In this document: piece by piece, positions 45,218 to 53,833 of the stretch
Numbering within the stretch: position 1 is the stretch's first letter
How the letters are laid out: each line of letters opens with the position of its first letter
Assembly (NCBI GenBank): GCA_964558795.1
Contig: CAZLFJ010000001.1
Span: forward strand, 6,175-64,103
Reading direction: 5' to 3'
DNA: 57,929 nucleotides
Source: Candidatus Woesearchaeota archaeon
Lineage (GTDB): Archaea; Nanobdellota; Nanobdellia; Pacearchaeales; GW2011-AR1
Notes under the pieces: generated by a model
What the model was told of the DNA's origin: nothing
The model's input: only the letters and a program-made list of their open reading frames with translations
Databases searched by the model: none
Made by a program: the position numbers and the translations under genes

Positions 45218-45265
45218 AAATCTGCCCATACAAAACCTTTTATATTCAAAAATGCTAAAAAAAGA

Positions 45266-46549
45266 ATGGTTCAAGAAACAACACTAAACATCGGAGATAA
45301 AGTTTCTTTAAAAACAAAAGACAAAACCTGGGAAGGAACAATATTGGAGAGTTACACTCCAGAGATTGTTCTATTGAAATTAAACTCCGGTTACAACATA
45401 GGAATAAGAGAAAGGGAAATTTTAAATTTAAAATTAATTGAGAGTACAAGCCCCGAAGAAAAGAAAAAGATAGACCTAGAAAGAAAAGATAACCTACCAA
45501 ATATCGCAATGATTATAACTGGAGGCACAATTTCTTCAAGACTTGATCCAAAAACTGGGGGAGTTATCTCAACAGATGCAGAAGAAATTCTAAACATTGC
45601 TCCAGAAATAAAAGAAATTTGTAATATAGTAAGAATAGAAAAACCATTTATGAAATTTTCCGAGAATATGGGGCCAAAAGATTGGAAGAAATTGGCAGAA
45701 AAAACTGGGGAACTCTTAAACGATAAAGAAATCTCAGGAGTTATAATAACTCACGGGACCGATACCCTTCACTACACCTCTGCAGCACTCTCTTTTATGT
45801 TAGGAAAGTTAAATAAGCCAGTAGCAATAACTTATTCTCAAAGAAGTATAGACCGAGGTTCAACAGATGCACACCTAAATTTGATATGTGCTGCGAAATA
45901 TGCAGTATCTGATATAGCTGAGGTGGTAATTGTAGGTCATAAAGATTTAAATGATGAGTATTGTTTAGCAATAAGAGGAACAAAAGTTAGAAAGATGCAT
46001 TCTTCAAGAAGAGACGCATTTAAACCAATAAATTCCGATGCTCTTGCTGAAATTTCAAAAAAAGAATTCAAGATTTTAGGATCATTTAATGCAAGAGATA
46101 AGACAAATAAAGTTAAGGTATCTAATGGTGTTTCAGAAAAAGTTGCGCTTGTGAAAATAACTCCGGGACAAGATCCAATAATATTAGAATATTTAGAAAA
46201 AGAGGATTATAAGGGAATTATATTAGAACTCTTTGGACTTGGACAAGCCCCAGAAAAAGATTCCGAACATAACTGGTTACCGACAATAAAGAGATTAGTT
46301 GAAAATGGAATAATTGTTTGTGGAGCAGCACAAACGATAAATGGGGGCTTAAATCCAAATGTTTATTCTGCTGGAAGAGAGCTACAAAAAACAGGAATAT
46401 TGCATCTAAAAGATATGCTTTCCGAAACAGCATTTGTAAAACTTTCATGGCTACTTGGACAAAGAACACTTGCAAATGAAACTGAAAAGATAAAAGAAAA
46501 AATGCTAGAAAATATTTCAAACGAATTAAATGAAACATTAGGATTTTAG
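45266..46549 (+). CDS. gatD: Glu-tRNA(Gln) amidotransferase subunit D
   Basis: GatD-specific N-domain (GDKVSLKTKDKTWEGTILES...LLKLNSGYNIGI) followed by an asparaginase fold (ITGGTISS, THGTDTL). Confidence 0.8.
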   Translation: MVQETTLNIGDKVSLKTKDKTWEGTILESYTPEIVLLKLNSGYNIGIREREILNLKLIESTSPEEKKKIDLERKDNLPNIAMIITGGTISSRLDPKTGGVISTDAEEILNIAPEIKEICNIVRIEKPFMKFSENMGPKDWKKLAEKTGELLNDKEISGVIITHGTDTLHYTSAALSFMLGKLNKPVAITYSQRSIDRGSTDAHLNLICAAKYAVSDIAEVVIVGHKDLNDEYCLAIRGTKVRKMHSSRRDAFKPINSDALAEISKKEFKILGSFNARDKTNKVKVSNGVSEKVALVKITPGQDPIILEYLEKEDYKGIILELFGLGQAPEKDSEHNWLPTIKRLVENGIIVCGAAQTINGGLNPNVYSAGRELQKTGILHLKDMLSETAFVKLSWLLGQRTLANETEKIKEKMLENISNELNETLGF

Positions 46550-46552
46550 TAT

Positions 46553-47041
46553 ATGAATAACGAAACAAAAAAACAATTACTAGAAGAACTAAAAGAAAAG
46601 TTCAAACAAACTAAAGAAAAATTAGGTTTTAAATCAACATTTGAAGAGGTAAATGAAATATGTTATTTGGAAGACGCAGCTCTTTCTGCAGGATTTGTAA
46701 GTGAGCAATTCTCAAGACAAATGATAAATAGACTTGTAGAAACATATTATAGCTGGGTACCTCCTATGCATTCATGGATTATGCCTCCCCAATATGATCT
46801 AATCTACCTAAAGGAGAATAAACAAATAACCGAACAAGAAAGAGAAGAAATGAAAGATTTGATAAAACAAATTATGTACCTTGTGCGTAAAAATAAATCT
46901 ATTGCATTCAATAACTTAAAAGGAGAAGGAGAATTTGTAGATGAATTGGTAGAATTTGATAAAAAAATATTCCACAAAACACTATATAAATTTAATAAGA
47001 AATTTGAAGATTATTGGAAAAGTGAGATAGCTAAAAAGTAA
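46553..47041 (+). CDS. Hypothetical protein
   Basis: 162-aa ORF starting 3 nt after gatD. Not GatE-like (too short, no recognisable motif). Confidence 0.45.
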   Translation: MNNETKKQLLEELKEKFKQTKEKLGFKSTFEEVNEICYLEDAALSAGFVSEQFSRQMINRLVETYYSWVPPMHSWIMPPQYDLIYLKENKQITEQEREEMKDLIKQIMYLVRKNKSIAFNNLKGEGEFVDELVEFDKKIFHKTLYKFNKKFEDYWKSEIAKK

Positions 47042-47056
47042 TATTTCTAAAAATAA

Positions 47057-47470
47057 ATGATAAAGAAACTTATTAGAATTTGTCCAAATTGTGGTAGCAT
47101 TAATATTAAAAGCGTTCATTACCATTTTGGGCCAGATACCCTGTAGCAAACAAAATGGGAAGACTAAAATTTCTGATCTCAAAAAATTCACAAAATATCT
47201 TCAGCTTGCTGTGATTTGGTTGTGAATTCTCAGAAATTTTTTTATTTAATGAGCTCCACAGAGATTTCTCTTCCAGGAGCAAAAAAACTTCAATAGATTT
47301 TATCTGAGAATCCTTCAAAGTTTCCAATCATTGGTTGGCAACCTCAAAATCCAGAAAGTTTTATTTGTTTAGATTGTGATTACAACAGAATCTGTCCAGA
47401 AATAGACCTGAGCGAAATAGAGAAATTTAAAAAGAACTTGAAGAGGTCAATAAAATCACCAAAACATTGA
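47057..47470 (+). pseudogene. Decayed zinc-ribbon gene with four in-frame stops
   Basis: MIKKLIRICPNCGSINIKS...TL* (TAG 47144). The same frame continues through TAA, TGA and TAG codons to ...FICLDCDYNRICPEIDLSEIEKFKKNLKRSIKSPKH* (TGA 47468). The distal part has no start codon of its own. Confidence 0.3.
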
Positions 47471-47559
47471 GGTTTTGTACTCCACACTAAAGACTTCAAT
47501 TCGAAAGAATTATTTCTAAAAAAATAAAAAACCTCCTAAAATAAAGAGAGGTCAAAAAA

Positions 47560-47922
47560 CTATTTTCTTTTCTTGGTTTCCTTAGTTTCAGCTAATTCAA
47601 TCTTTACTCCACCAATTAGCTTAGAGAATAGATTGAATATCAAGCTAAGTATTATTCCTGAAACAAAATAACTTAATCCAAGGACAATTGGTGCAACAAT
47701 TACACTCCACCAACCAAGAGCCAAGAATATTGGACTAATCCCTCCGGCAGGATTCTCTGCAATGTAGGAAATTGCTTCTCCCAAACCGATAACAATATCT
47801 TCACGAGCATATTGCATCGCAAGATTGCCCATAAGTATACCTTGAACCAAACCAATTAGTACACCGAAAAGAGCCAAAATCTTAGCCAAGCTAAAAACTT
47901 TTATTTTCTTTATTTCTTGCAT
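47560..47922 (-). CDS. Small integral membrane protein
   Basis: Three hydrophobic helices. GGAGGT lies 5 nt upstream (47927-47932). Confidence 0.5.
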   Translation of the reverse strand: MQEIKKIKVFSLAKILALFGVLIGLVQGILMGNLAMQYAREDIVIGLGEAISYIAENPAGGISPIFLALGWWSVIVAPIVLGLSYFVSGIILSLIFNLFSKLIGGVKIELAETKETKKRK

Positions 47923-47952
47923 TTTTACCTCCTTTTATTTAATTAGAGAAGA

Positions 47953-48144
47953 TTATTTCTTGTCGACCGAAATTGCTCCAACCGGACAAGATTCCTTAGC
48001 TTCTTCTTCGCATTCTATCTTTTCTACCGAAGCATTGACAGCAATAGCCTTACCATTTTTTAAAGAAAAGCTTTTTGGACAAATAGCTTCACAACTACCG
48101 CATCCAATACACTTATTCTTGTCTACTTTTATTAAGTATGCCAT
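47953..48144 (-). CDS. fdx: Ferredoxin (single 4Fe-4S/3Fe-4S cluster type)
   Basis: CIGCGSCEAICP...CP. Confidence 0.8.
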   Translation of the reverse strand: MAYLIKVDKNKCIGCGSCEAICPKSFSLKNGKAIAVNASVEKIECEEEAKESCPVGAISVDKK

Positions 48145-48146
48145 TT

Positions 48147-48518
48147 TTATTCACACCCCATTAATTTAATTAAAATCTCTTCTGAGAAAGAACCATAATA
48201 AATTTGATCATTAATTTTCCAAGCAGGCACAAGAAGAATTCCTTCGCATTTATCTCTTTCATTTAAACAATCTATGAAGGGAATTATGTCAAAAATTTCA
48301 CCTAAATCCTCTTGCTGAGCCAAGAAAACTCGTGAGTTTGTTCTACCATAAAGAACAATATTTGATCTCACAATACATTCTGAGAGATTAATAGATTGAT
48401 TATTTATTGGGGGAATATTTGGAAAAGAATTTTTTTCAAGATAAATTAAAGCAACCACAAATAGGATAAGGCAAATAATAAGAAGTCCAATTGCAAGATT
48501 ATAGTTTTTAGGTTTCAT
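48147..48518 (-). CDS. Membrane-anchored thioredoxin-fold protein lacking CxxC
   Basis: Resembles VKOR-associated Trx-like domains (IDCLNERDKCEGILLVPAWKINDQIYYG). The CxxC position reads NSRV. Confidence 0.35.
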   Translation of the reverse strand: MKPKNYNLAIGLLIICLILFVVALIYLEKNSFPNIPPINNQSINLSECIVRSNIVLYGRTNSRVFLAQQEDLGEIFDIIPFIDCLNERDKCEGILLVPAWKINDQIYYGSFSEEILIKLMGCE

Positions 48519-48563
48519 AAAGAGTATAAAAAAAACAAGTTTATAAGTTTATTGAACAGACCT

Positions 48564-49184
48564 TTAACCTAGATATCTAAGCTTTCCAGGCCGAGGTTCG
48601 TAAATAAGGCCCTCCTCAACAAGTCTTTTTATTTCTGCATTAATGATTGTAGGAGCAGAATCTGTTTCCATAATAATTTTATCAATGTCTATTCCGTCTT
48701 CCTTTTCAGCATCCTTGATTTTTTCAAGTAATATATCCCTCAAAGAAGCATTAGAAGGCAAGGGCAGATCTTTTCGCAATTCTTGCATTTCAAGTTTTCT
48801 TACTAAAAGCCATCTGGGATCTAGTTTTTTTGCAACCTCGGGTAGAATATAAAGTTCATTGTTGTAATCTCTTAAAACACCAATAATCTGCAAGGTATCT
48901 CCTTGCGTCAAGTCTTTTAGAATCGCAATATCTTCTCCAAAGGTTTTGAGTTTTATTTGGCCAGAAGCGTCATCAACAGTTAGAGCAGCATATTTTTTCT
49001 CACCCTCAGAAACATATTTATCTATAACATTTGCAATAACATTGACTCTAACGACATTCTTATCGCCTACTTCTGCATACATAAATCTTCCATCGGTAAT
49101 AATTGGCTTTCCCTTGAGAATGTCCCCAATTCGAAGTTTGTAAGCAGTATTTCTCTTTTTTGTTTCGTTTAACTCAATAGCCAT
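48564..49184 (-). CDS. RPA32-like OB-fold plus winged-helix ssDNA-binding protein
   Basis: OB-fold core (VRVNVIANVIDKY...YAALTVDDASGQIKLKTFG...LQIIGVLRDYN) and a C-terminal wH (INAEIKRLVEEGLIYEPRPGKLRYL). Immediately downstream of mcm. tttataaa at 49206-49213 lies at -29. Confidence 0.45.
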   Translation of the reverse strand: MAIELNETKKRNTAYKLRIGDILKGKPIITDGRFMYAEVGDKNVVRVNVIANVIDKYVSEGEKKYAALTVDDASGQIKLKTFGEDIAILKDLTQGDTLQIIGVLRDYNNELYILPEVAKKLDPRWLLVRKLEMQELRKDLPLPSNASLRDILLEKIKDAEKEDGIDIDKIIMETDSAPTIINAEIKRLVEEGLIYEPRPGKLRYLG

Positions 49185-49233
49185 ATATATTCTTTCATTA
49201 ACGGTTTTATAAACATTGTGGCACTAAACAACA

Positions 49234-51300
49234 CTAAACTCTTTGTAAATAACCCCTCCGAGGTCTAAAAATATCTCCAGCTCTAAGAAGTTTCTCTATA
49301 GCCTCTTCTAGTTCTTCCTTTGGCATCTTATCCCCTATAACCTTTTCTAGTTCTTCTTGAGGAATTAGTTTACCTAGCTTGGTTTCAAGTTCCTCAAGAG
49401 CTTCTTTAACCACATAAATCTTACTTCTCTTTGAAGCAGGATTACCAGAAACTTTGTCAATATCAAAACTCTTAGTTTCCTCATCATAACCTACCTGCAT
49501 CATATAGTATTGAACAAGTTTAATCGCCCTTTCTGCATCTTCAACATCAACAGTTTTGCTAAGTCTTGCTCGAGCATTTGCTTCTGAAAGCCTTACTAGT
49601 GCTTCAAGCTGTCTAGCAGAAATTGGAATAGGTTTATTCACAGTCTCGGCAGAAGAAAAACTAGATTGATTCCTAAGGCCTACATAAAACTTTTTTATTT
49701 TGTCAGAAGCTCCCTGGCTTAAAACAGGATGATACCTCTGGTGTGCGTAAGCAATATATTTTCGAAGTAAGTCTCGATCAACAATATCTAGTTTTGTATC
49801 TTGTCGATGTTCAGATAAAACATGAGAAGCAATTCTCTCGTCCCGCTCCTTATTCGGTAAATCTCTAAGAATAAATAAAACATCAAAACGATTAAGCAAA
49901 GAGGGGGCTAGATTAACTTGCTTTGCAACCATTTCTGTAGGATCAAAACGACCATATTTAGGATTTGCTGCTGCTAGAACTGCTGTTTGAGCATTAAGTG
50001 ATGCCTGAACATTAGCTTTAGAAATCGTAACTGTCTGCTGTTCCATTGCCTCATGCATTGTAGATCTGTCATTCTCATCCATCTTTTCAAGTTCATCTAT
50101 ACAAACAAGACCCTTGTTGGATAAAACCATCGCTCCCGCCTCTAGTGCCCAACCCCTTAAGAATTCATCCTTAACTACTGTCGCAGTAAGACCTGCACCC
50201 GATGCAGATTTACCAGAGACATATCTTCCCTTAGGAGCAATTGTAGAAATAAATTTAAGCATAACCGACTTTGCAACACCCGGATCACCAACAAGGAGAA
50301 TATGAATGTCTCCCCTAGTTAGAGTACCATCGCTCCTTCTTTTTTGAACACCTCCAAAAAGTTGTAACGCCAAAGATTCTTTAATTTCGGGATAACCCCA
50401 AACGGAAGGACTTATACTCTTTGCAAGTTTTTCAACGATATTAGGTTCTGATGCAAGTTCCTTGATTTGATTTTCTTCTTCTTCAGTAATAGACAAATCA
50501 TCGAATGTTTCTTCAAGAGGAATCACATTATTTGCCTCAATTGCTAAATCAAAACGAGTTTGAATTCCTGTTGGAAGTGGCAGAGAAATTTCTTTCAATA
50601 TTCCTATTGCCCGAACCTTACTACCTGGAGTTGTTCTCACCTCCATTCTTGGATCAACTAAATCTTCTTTCAAGAAAACCTGCATTCTCTTCGGCTGTTC
50701 TCCTCCAGATAAAGCATCCGGGCTTTCTTCAAGTACTAGTCTTTGAGCATCAACCATCTCTTTTGTCAAAAGTCTAAATCCTCCTCTTCGACCACAAGAA
50801 GAACACCGGTTTGGTTCTTGAAATTTCTTTTCTACCTGCAAAATTGAAAGAATAGTACCACAAGAAGGACACTCAAAACGAGCATTTATTACCTGAGGCC
50901 TAACCTCAGATGCTTGCCTAACAATTCCTTCAATTGAAATCATAGTGCCCAAATTTTTTGCCCTGATATTTCTTATCTTGACTTCCTGAGTTTTTGAGAT
51001 GTTAACCAAACGAACTCGAGGGTTTGAAATAAGGCCACTATCTGCTAGGGCGATTTCAAGAATCCTAAGTGTTTCTTCGGGTTTGTTAATTAAATCCTCC
51101 GATAGCTCGGGAGAATGCTCTGAAAGCTCGTTAAAGTCCACCTCAATCACACTTTCACCATGTTTCGCACTTAGACCCAACTTATGCTTTTGAGTCGAAA
51201 AAAAGTTCTTAGCTTCAATTATTCTATCTTCAGAATTATGCTCATCCTTCTTCTTTTCAAAAATTTCCCCATCACTAGATATAAATTCATCTTCAGCCAT
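49234..51300 (-). CDS. mcm: Minichromosome maintenance (MCM) replicative helicase
   Basis: N-terminal OB/Zn (CPSCG...CSSCG), Walker A GDPGVAKS, Walker B CIDELEKM, arginine finger SRFD, C-terminal wH. 688 aa, so no intein. Confidence 0.95.
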   Translation of the reverse strand: MAEDEFISSDGEIFEKKKDEHNSEDRIIEAKNFFSTQKHKLGLSAKHGESVIEVDFNELSEHSPELSEDLINKPEETLRILEIALADSGLISNPRVRLVNISKTQEVKIRNIRAKNLGTMISIEGIVRQASEVRPQVINARFECPSCGTILSILQVEKKFQEPNRCSSCGRRGGFRLLTKEMVDAQRLVLEESPDALSGGEQPKRMQVFLKEDLVDPRMEVRTTPGSKVRAIGILKEISLPLPTGIQTRFDLAIEANNVIPLEETFDDLSITEEEENQIKELASEPNIVEKLAKSISPSVWGYPEIKESLALQLFGGVQKRRSDGTLTRGDIHILLVGDPGVAKSVMLKFISTIAPKGRYVSGKSASGAGLTATVVKDEFLRGWALEAGAMVLSNKGLVCIDELEKMDENDRSTMHEAMEQQTVTISKANVQASLNAQTAVLAAANPKYGRFDPTEMVAKQVNLAPSLLNRFDVLFILRDLPNKERDERIASHVLSEHRQDTKLDIVDRDLLRKYIAYAHQRYHPVLSQGASDKIKKFYVGLRNQSSFSSAETVNKPIPISARQLEALVRLSEANARARLSKTVDVEDAERAIKLVQYYMMQVGYDEETKSFDIDKVSGNPASKRSKIYVVKEALEELETKLGKLIPQEELEKVIGDKMPKEELEEAIEKLLRAGDIFRPRRGYLQRV

Positions 51301-51321
51301 AAAGATAATAAATAAATGGCT

Positions 51322-51329
51322 TTTATAAG
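51322..51329 (-). promoter_or_regulatory. TATA box of mcm
   Basis: cttataaa, 29 nt from ATG 51300. Confidence 0.5.
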
Positions 51330-51357
51330 ATTTTGTAATCTCTGAAGTATAGTTTAA

Positions 51358-52131
51358 CTAAAGCAATTTAGATAGATTCCCAATATCTTTGTTTGCAACA
51401 TGGGTATATATTTGTGTTGTTTGTAAACTTTTGTGTCCAAGTAGTTTTTGTATATATCTAATATCTGCACCTGCCTCTAATAGATGTGTTGCGAATGAGT
51501 GCCGTAACATATGTGGATGAACATTTTTCTGTATATCTGCTCTTTTTGCAGAAGTTTTAACAATTGATTGAATAGTCTTTTCCGAGTATTTTTTGTCTCG
51601 GTTAGACACAAATATTAATCCGGTTCGTGGCATTTTAGAATTGTCCAAAAACTCAATAAGTTTATCGTGCAAAAAAATAGTTCTCTGGTGTTCGCCCTTT
51701 GCGATTTTCAATTGGATTGTTTTTCTCTCAAAATCTAGATTCTCCCATCTTAAATGGATTAATTCGTTCATACGAAGTCCAGCATAGTAAAGAAAAGTAA
51801 TAATCAATTTATGTTGAGAGTTTTCTGTTTTATCAATCATTTCTAAAACTTCTTTTTTATTTAGAATTTCCGGAAGGATTACCTTCTTTTTTGCAAGTGG
51901 AATTTTTTCCTCAAATTTTTTGTTTAAAACGTTTTCATAGTAAAACTTAATTGCAAAATAAATTGTTCTTAAGGTATTTCTTGTTTGAGTAGAATAAGAA
52001 TAGATAAAATCTTTGGGGGTTTTTTGGCTTTGCAAAAATTTAGTCACATAAAAGATATATTTCTCCGCAGTATTTCTTGAATGTTTTCTTAATTGCAATT
52101 CTTGGGTCAACTTACTCAATTCTTCTTGCAT
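51358..52131 (-). CDS. xerA: XerA/XerC/D-type tyrosine recombinase
   Basis: SAM-like N-domain, GLRMNELIHLRW (Arg I), and HMLRHSFATHLLEAGADIRYIQKLLGHKSLQTTQIYTHV (H-x-x-R, H, catalytic Y). Confidence 0.85.
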   Translation of the reverse strand: MQEELSKLTQELQLRKHSRNTAEKYIFYVTKFLQSQKTPKDFIYSYSTQTRNTLRTIYFAIKFYYENVLNKKFEEKIPLAKKKVILPEILNKKEVLEMIDKTENSQHKLIITFLYYAGLRMNELIHLRWENLDFERKTIQLKIAKGEHQRTIFLHDKLIEFLDNSKMPRTGLIFVSNRDKKYSEKTIQSIVKTSAKRADIQKNVHPHMLRHSFATHLLEAGADIRYIQKLLGHKSLQTTQIYTHVANKDIGNLSKLL

Positions 52132-52176
52132 AACAATTAGATATAATACCTATATTTAAAGATTTCTTTGCCAAAA

Positions 52177-52202
52177 TTGGGTGTAATAGGCGTTATATTC
52201 AA
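52177..52202. promoter_or_regulatory. dif-like Xer recombination site candidate
   Basis: TTGGGTGTAA-TAGGCG-TTATATTCAA. Two 10-bp arms (7/10 inverted match, inner TAA/TTA) around a 6-bp spacer, 46 bp upstream of the xerA start. Confidence 0.35.
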
Positions 52203-52285
52203 TTCAGGAACCCGAGCTTGGTTGCTTCTAGTCGTTCTGAAATTATGATAACATTTATATAGATGCTAAATTTAATGTTTAACAT

Positions 52286-52834
52286 ATGAAAAAATTATTT
52301 TTATTATTATTCATCGTTGGAAGTTTGCTTATTGTAAACACAGCTGTTGTTAGTGCTTGTTCATGTGCTCAACCAGCTCCACCACAGGAATCACTCGAGC
52401 AATCAACTGCGGTTTTTGCTGGCAGGGTCATTGATATAGATATTCCAAGCAGAATAGTTGTTAGCAGCGCTGATCCTGTAAAAGTAACATTTGAAGTTTC
52501 GAAAATTTGGAAAGGTCCAGATTATGAAACAATTGTTCTAACAACTGCAAGAGATGGAGCAAGTTGTGGATATGAATTCAAAGAAAATGAGGAATATATT
52601 GTTTATGCTTATGGTGAAGAAAATACATTAAGCACAGGTATTTGTGGTAGAACAAGACTTCTTGCCAACGCAAAAGAAGATTTACAAGATTTAGGAGCTG
52701 GTAATTTACCAACAAATTCTGGTTCTAATTATGTTCCGCAAACTTCCGACTTTGTTCTAATTGCATCAATCGCTGGTATTGCGATAGTATTATTTGTTAT
52801 AACTATATTTCTGATTAGAAAATATAAAAAATAG
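52286..52834 (+). CDS. Secreted, C-terminally anchored TIMP/NTR-like domain protein
   Basis: A signal peptide ending VVSA precedes CSCAQPAPP (the CxC N-terminus characteristic of TIMPs). Then AVFAGRVID, VTFEVSKIWKG, SCGYEFKENEEYIVYA and GICGRT. Four Cys could form two disulfides. C-terminal TM plus RKYKK. Confidence 0.5.
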   Translation: MKKLFLLLFIVGSLLIVNTAVVSACSCAQPAPPQESLEQSTAVFAGRVIDIDIPSRIVVSSADPVKVTFEVSKIWKGPDYETIVLTTARDGASCGYEFKENEEYIVYAYGEENTLSTGICGRTRLLANAKEDLQDLGAGNLPTNSGSNYVPQTSDFVLIASIAGIAIVLFVITIFLIRKYKK

Positions 52835-53065
52835 AACGCTCGGGCTCCTGAACTCAAAAATTTTGCCTTCGGCATCGTTGCACTAAATTTTTGTCCTTCG
52901 GAGAATATAACAGCGATTAAGAGGTTACGCTCGGTTGCACCTCGCTCCACCCAAATCCTCGCTAACGCTCGGACTTCTCTTAATCGCGATGTTAGTTTCA
53001 ATAAGTGGGTGAGCTAAAAGTTAGTCAAATTAAAAATTTGAGAAATAATAAAAAGAGGTTGGCGT

Positions 53066-53452
53066 CTAAAACTTTCTTTCTTTATGGTATGTCTCAGAAG
53101 CTTCTCTTCTCGCTTTTTGAAATGGATTTGTTGGAAAATGTAAATCCATTAATAATTTATTAGCTTCACTTGAATCAATTGCACCTGATTTTTCTGCATT
53201 TGCCAATCTTTGTCTATATGCTTGTTCCTCTGTTGCAATTTCTCCAAGTCTACCTTGATACCAAGAATCAACTTTTGCAGCTTCTTCTTCAGGAGTTGTT
53301 TTAAAGAAAGTTTGAGGTCCTTTTGCATCAAAAGACCAATCTAAATTATGTCTTGCTATTTTCAAGTCATCGTGTGTATCATAATTTGGTTTAATGATTG
53401 TTTCAAGAGGTTTTTCATTTATATAATTTTGATTTGGTTTCATTTCTATCAT
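53066..53452 (-). CDS. Hypothetical protein
   Basis: 128-aa ORF with no recognisable motif. Confidence 0.4.
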   Translation of the reverse strand: MIEMKPNQNYINEKPLETIIKPNYDTHDDLKIARHNLDWSFDAKGPQTFFKTTPEEEAAKVDSWYQGRLGEIATEEQAYRQRLANAEKSGAIDSSEANKLLMDLHFPTNPFQKARREASETYHKERKF

Positions 53453-53833
53453 TTTAATTACCTTAAATATGATGTTATGTAATAGTATATAAATCTTTCG
53501 GTTTATTCACTACTCTTTAGTTAATAATTTATTTTTAAGAAAAAACGGAAATCTCCATTTTCTTTTTTTAGGGAAAAAAGAAGCAAAAAATTAAGCGCGC
53601 GTCTCTCTAAAACACTTCCCACACAAAAAATATTGTTTCTAAATCATATAAAACGGCATTCTCAAAAACTTTGGATTTTTCGGAACTTTGTTCCAAACAT
53701 TGCATTAAAATTCAGCCCTAAGGGGAATAGAACAGCACTTTAAGGGTTCCAAAGTCTTGCAGACTTTTCCACCCAAATTCAATTTTTGACAACGTTTCTC
53801 CCCTTTCTAAACTGTTCATCAGAAAACAAGAAC

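Noticed and set aside
48481-48519. Apparent 1-nt discrepancy between my hand count and the track for the start of ORF 48147-48518
   Set aside because: Most likely my own counting slip in an A-run. The track frame and length are internally consistent, so I kept the track coordinates and did not use this gene for the -29 promoter tally.
49234-51300. Checked mcm for an intein or a split
   Set aside because: At 688 aa with contiguous Walker A, Walker B and arginine-finger blocks, it is ordinary.
52729-53001. 90-aa minus-strand ORF
   Set aside because: It overlaps the 3' end of the TIMP-like gene and has no promoter or SD. Its openness is better explained by the local GC-rich repeat region.
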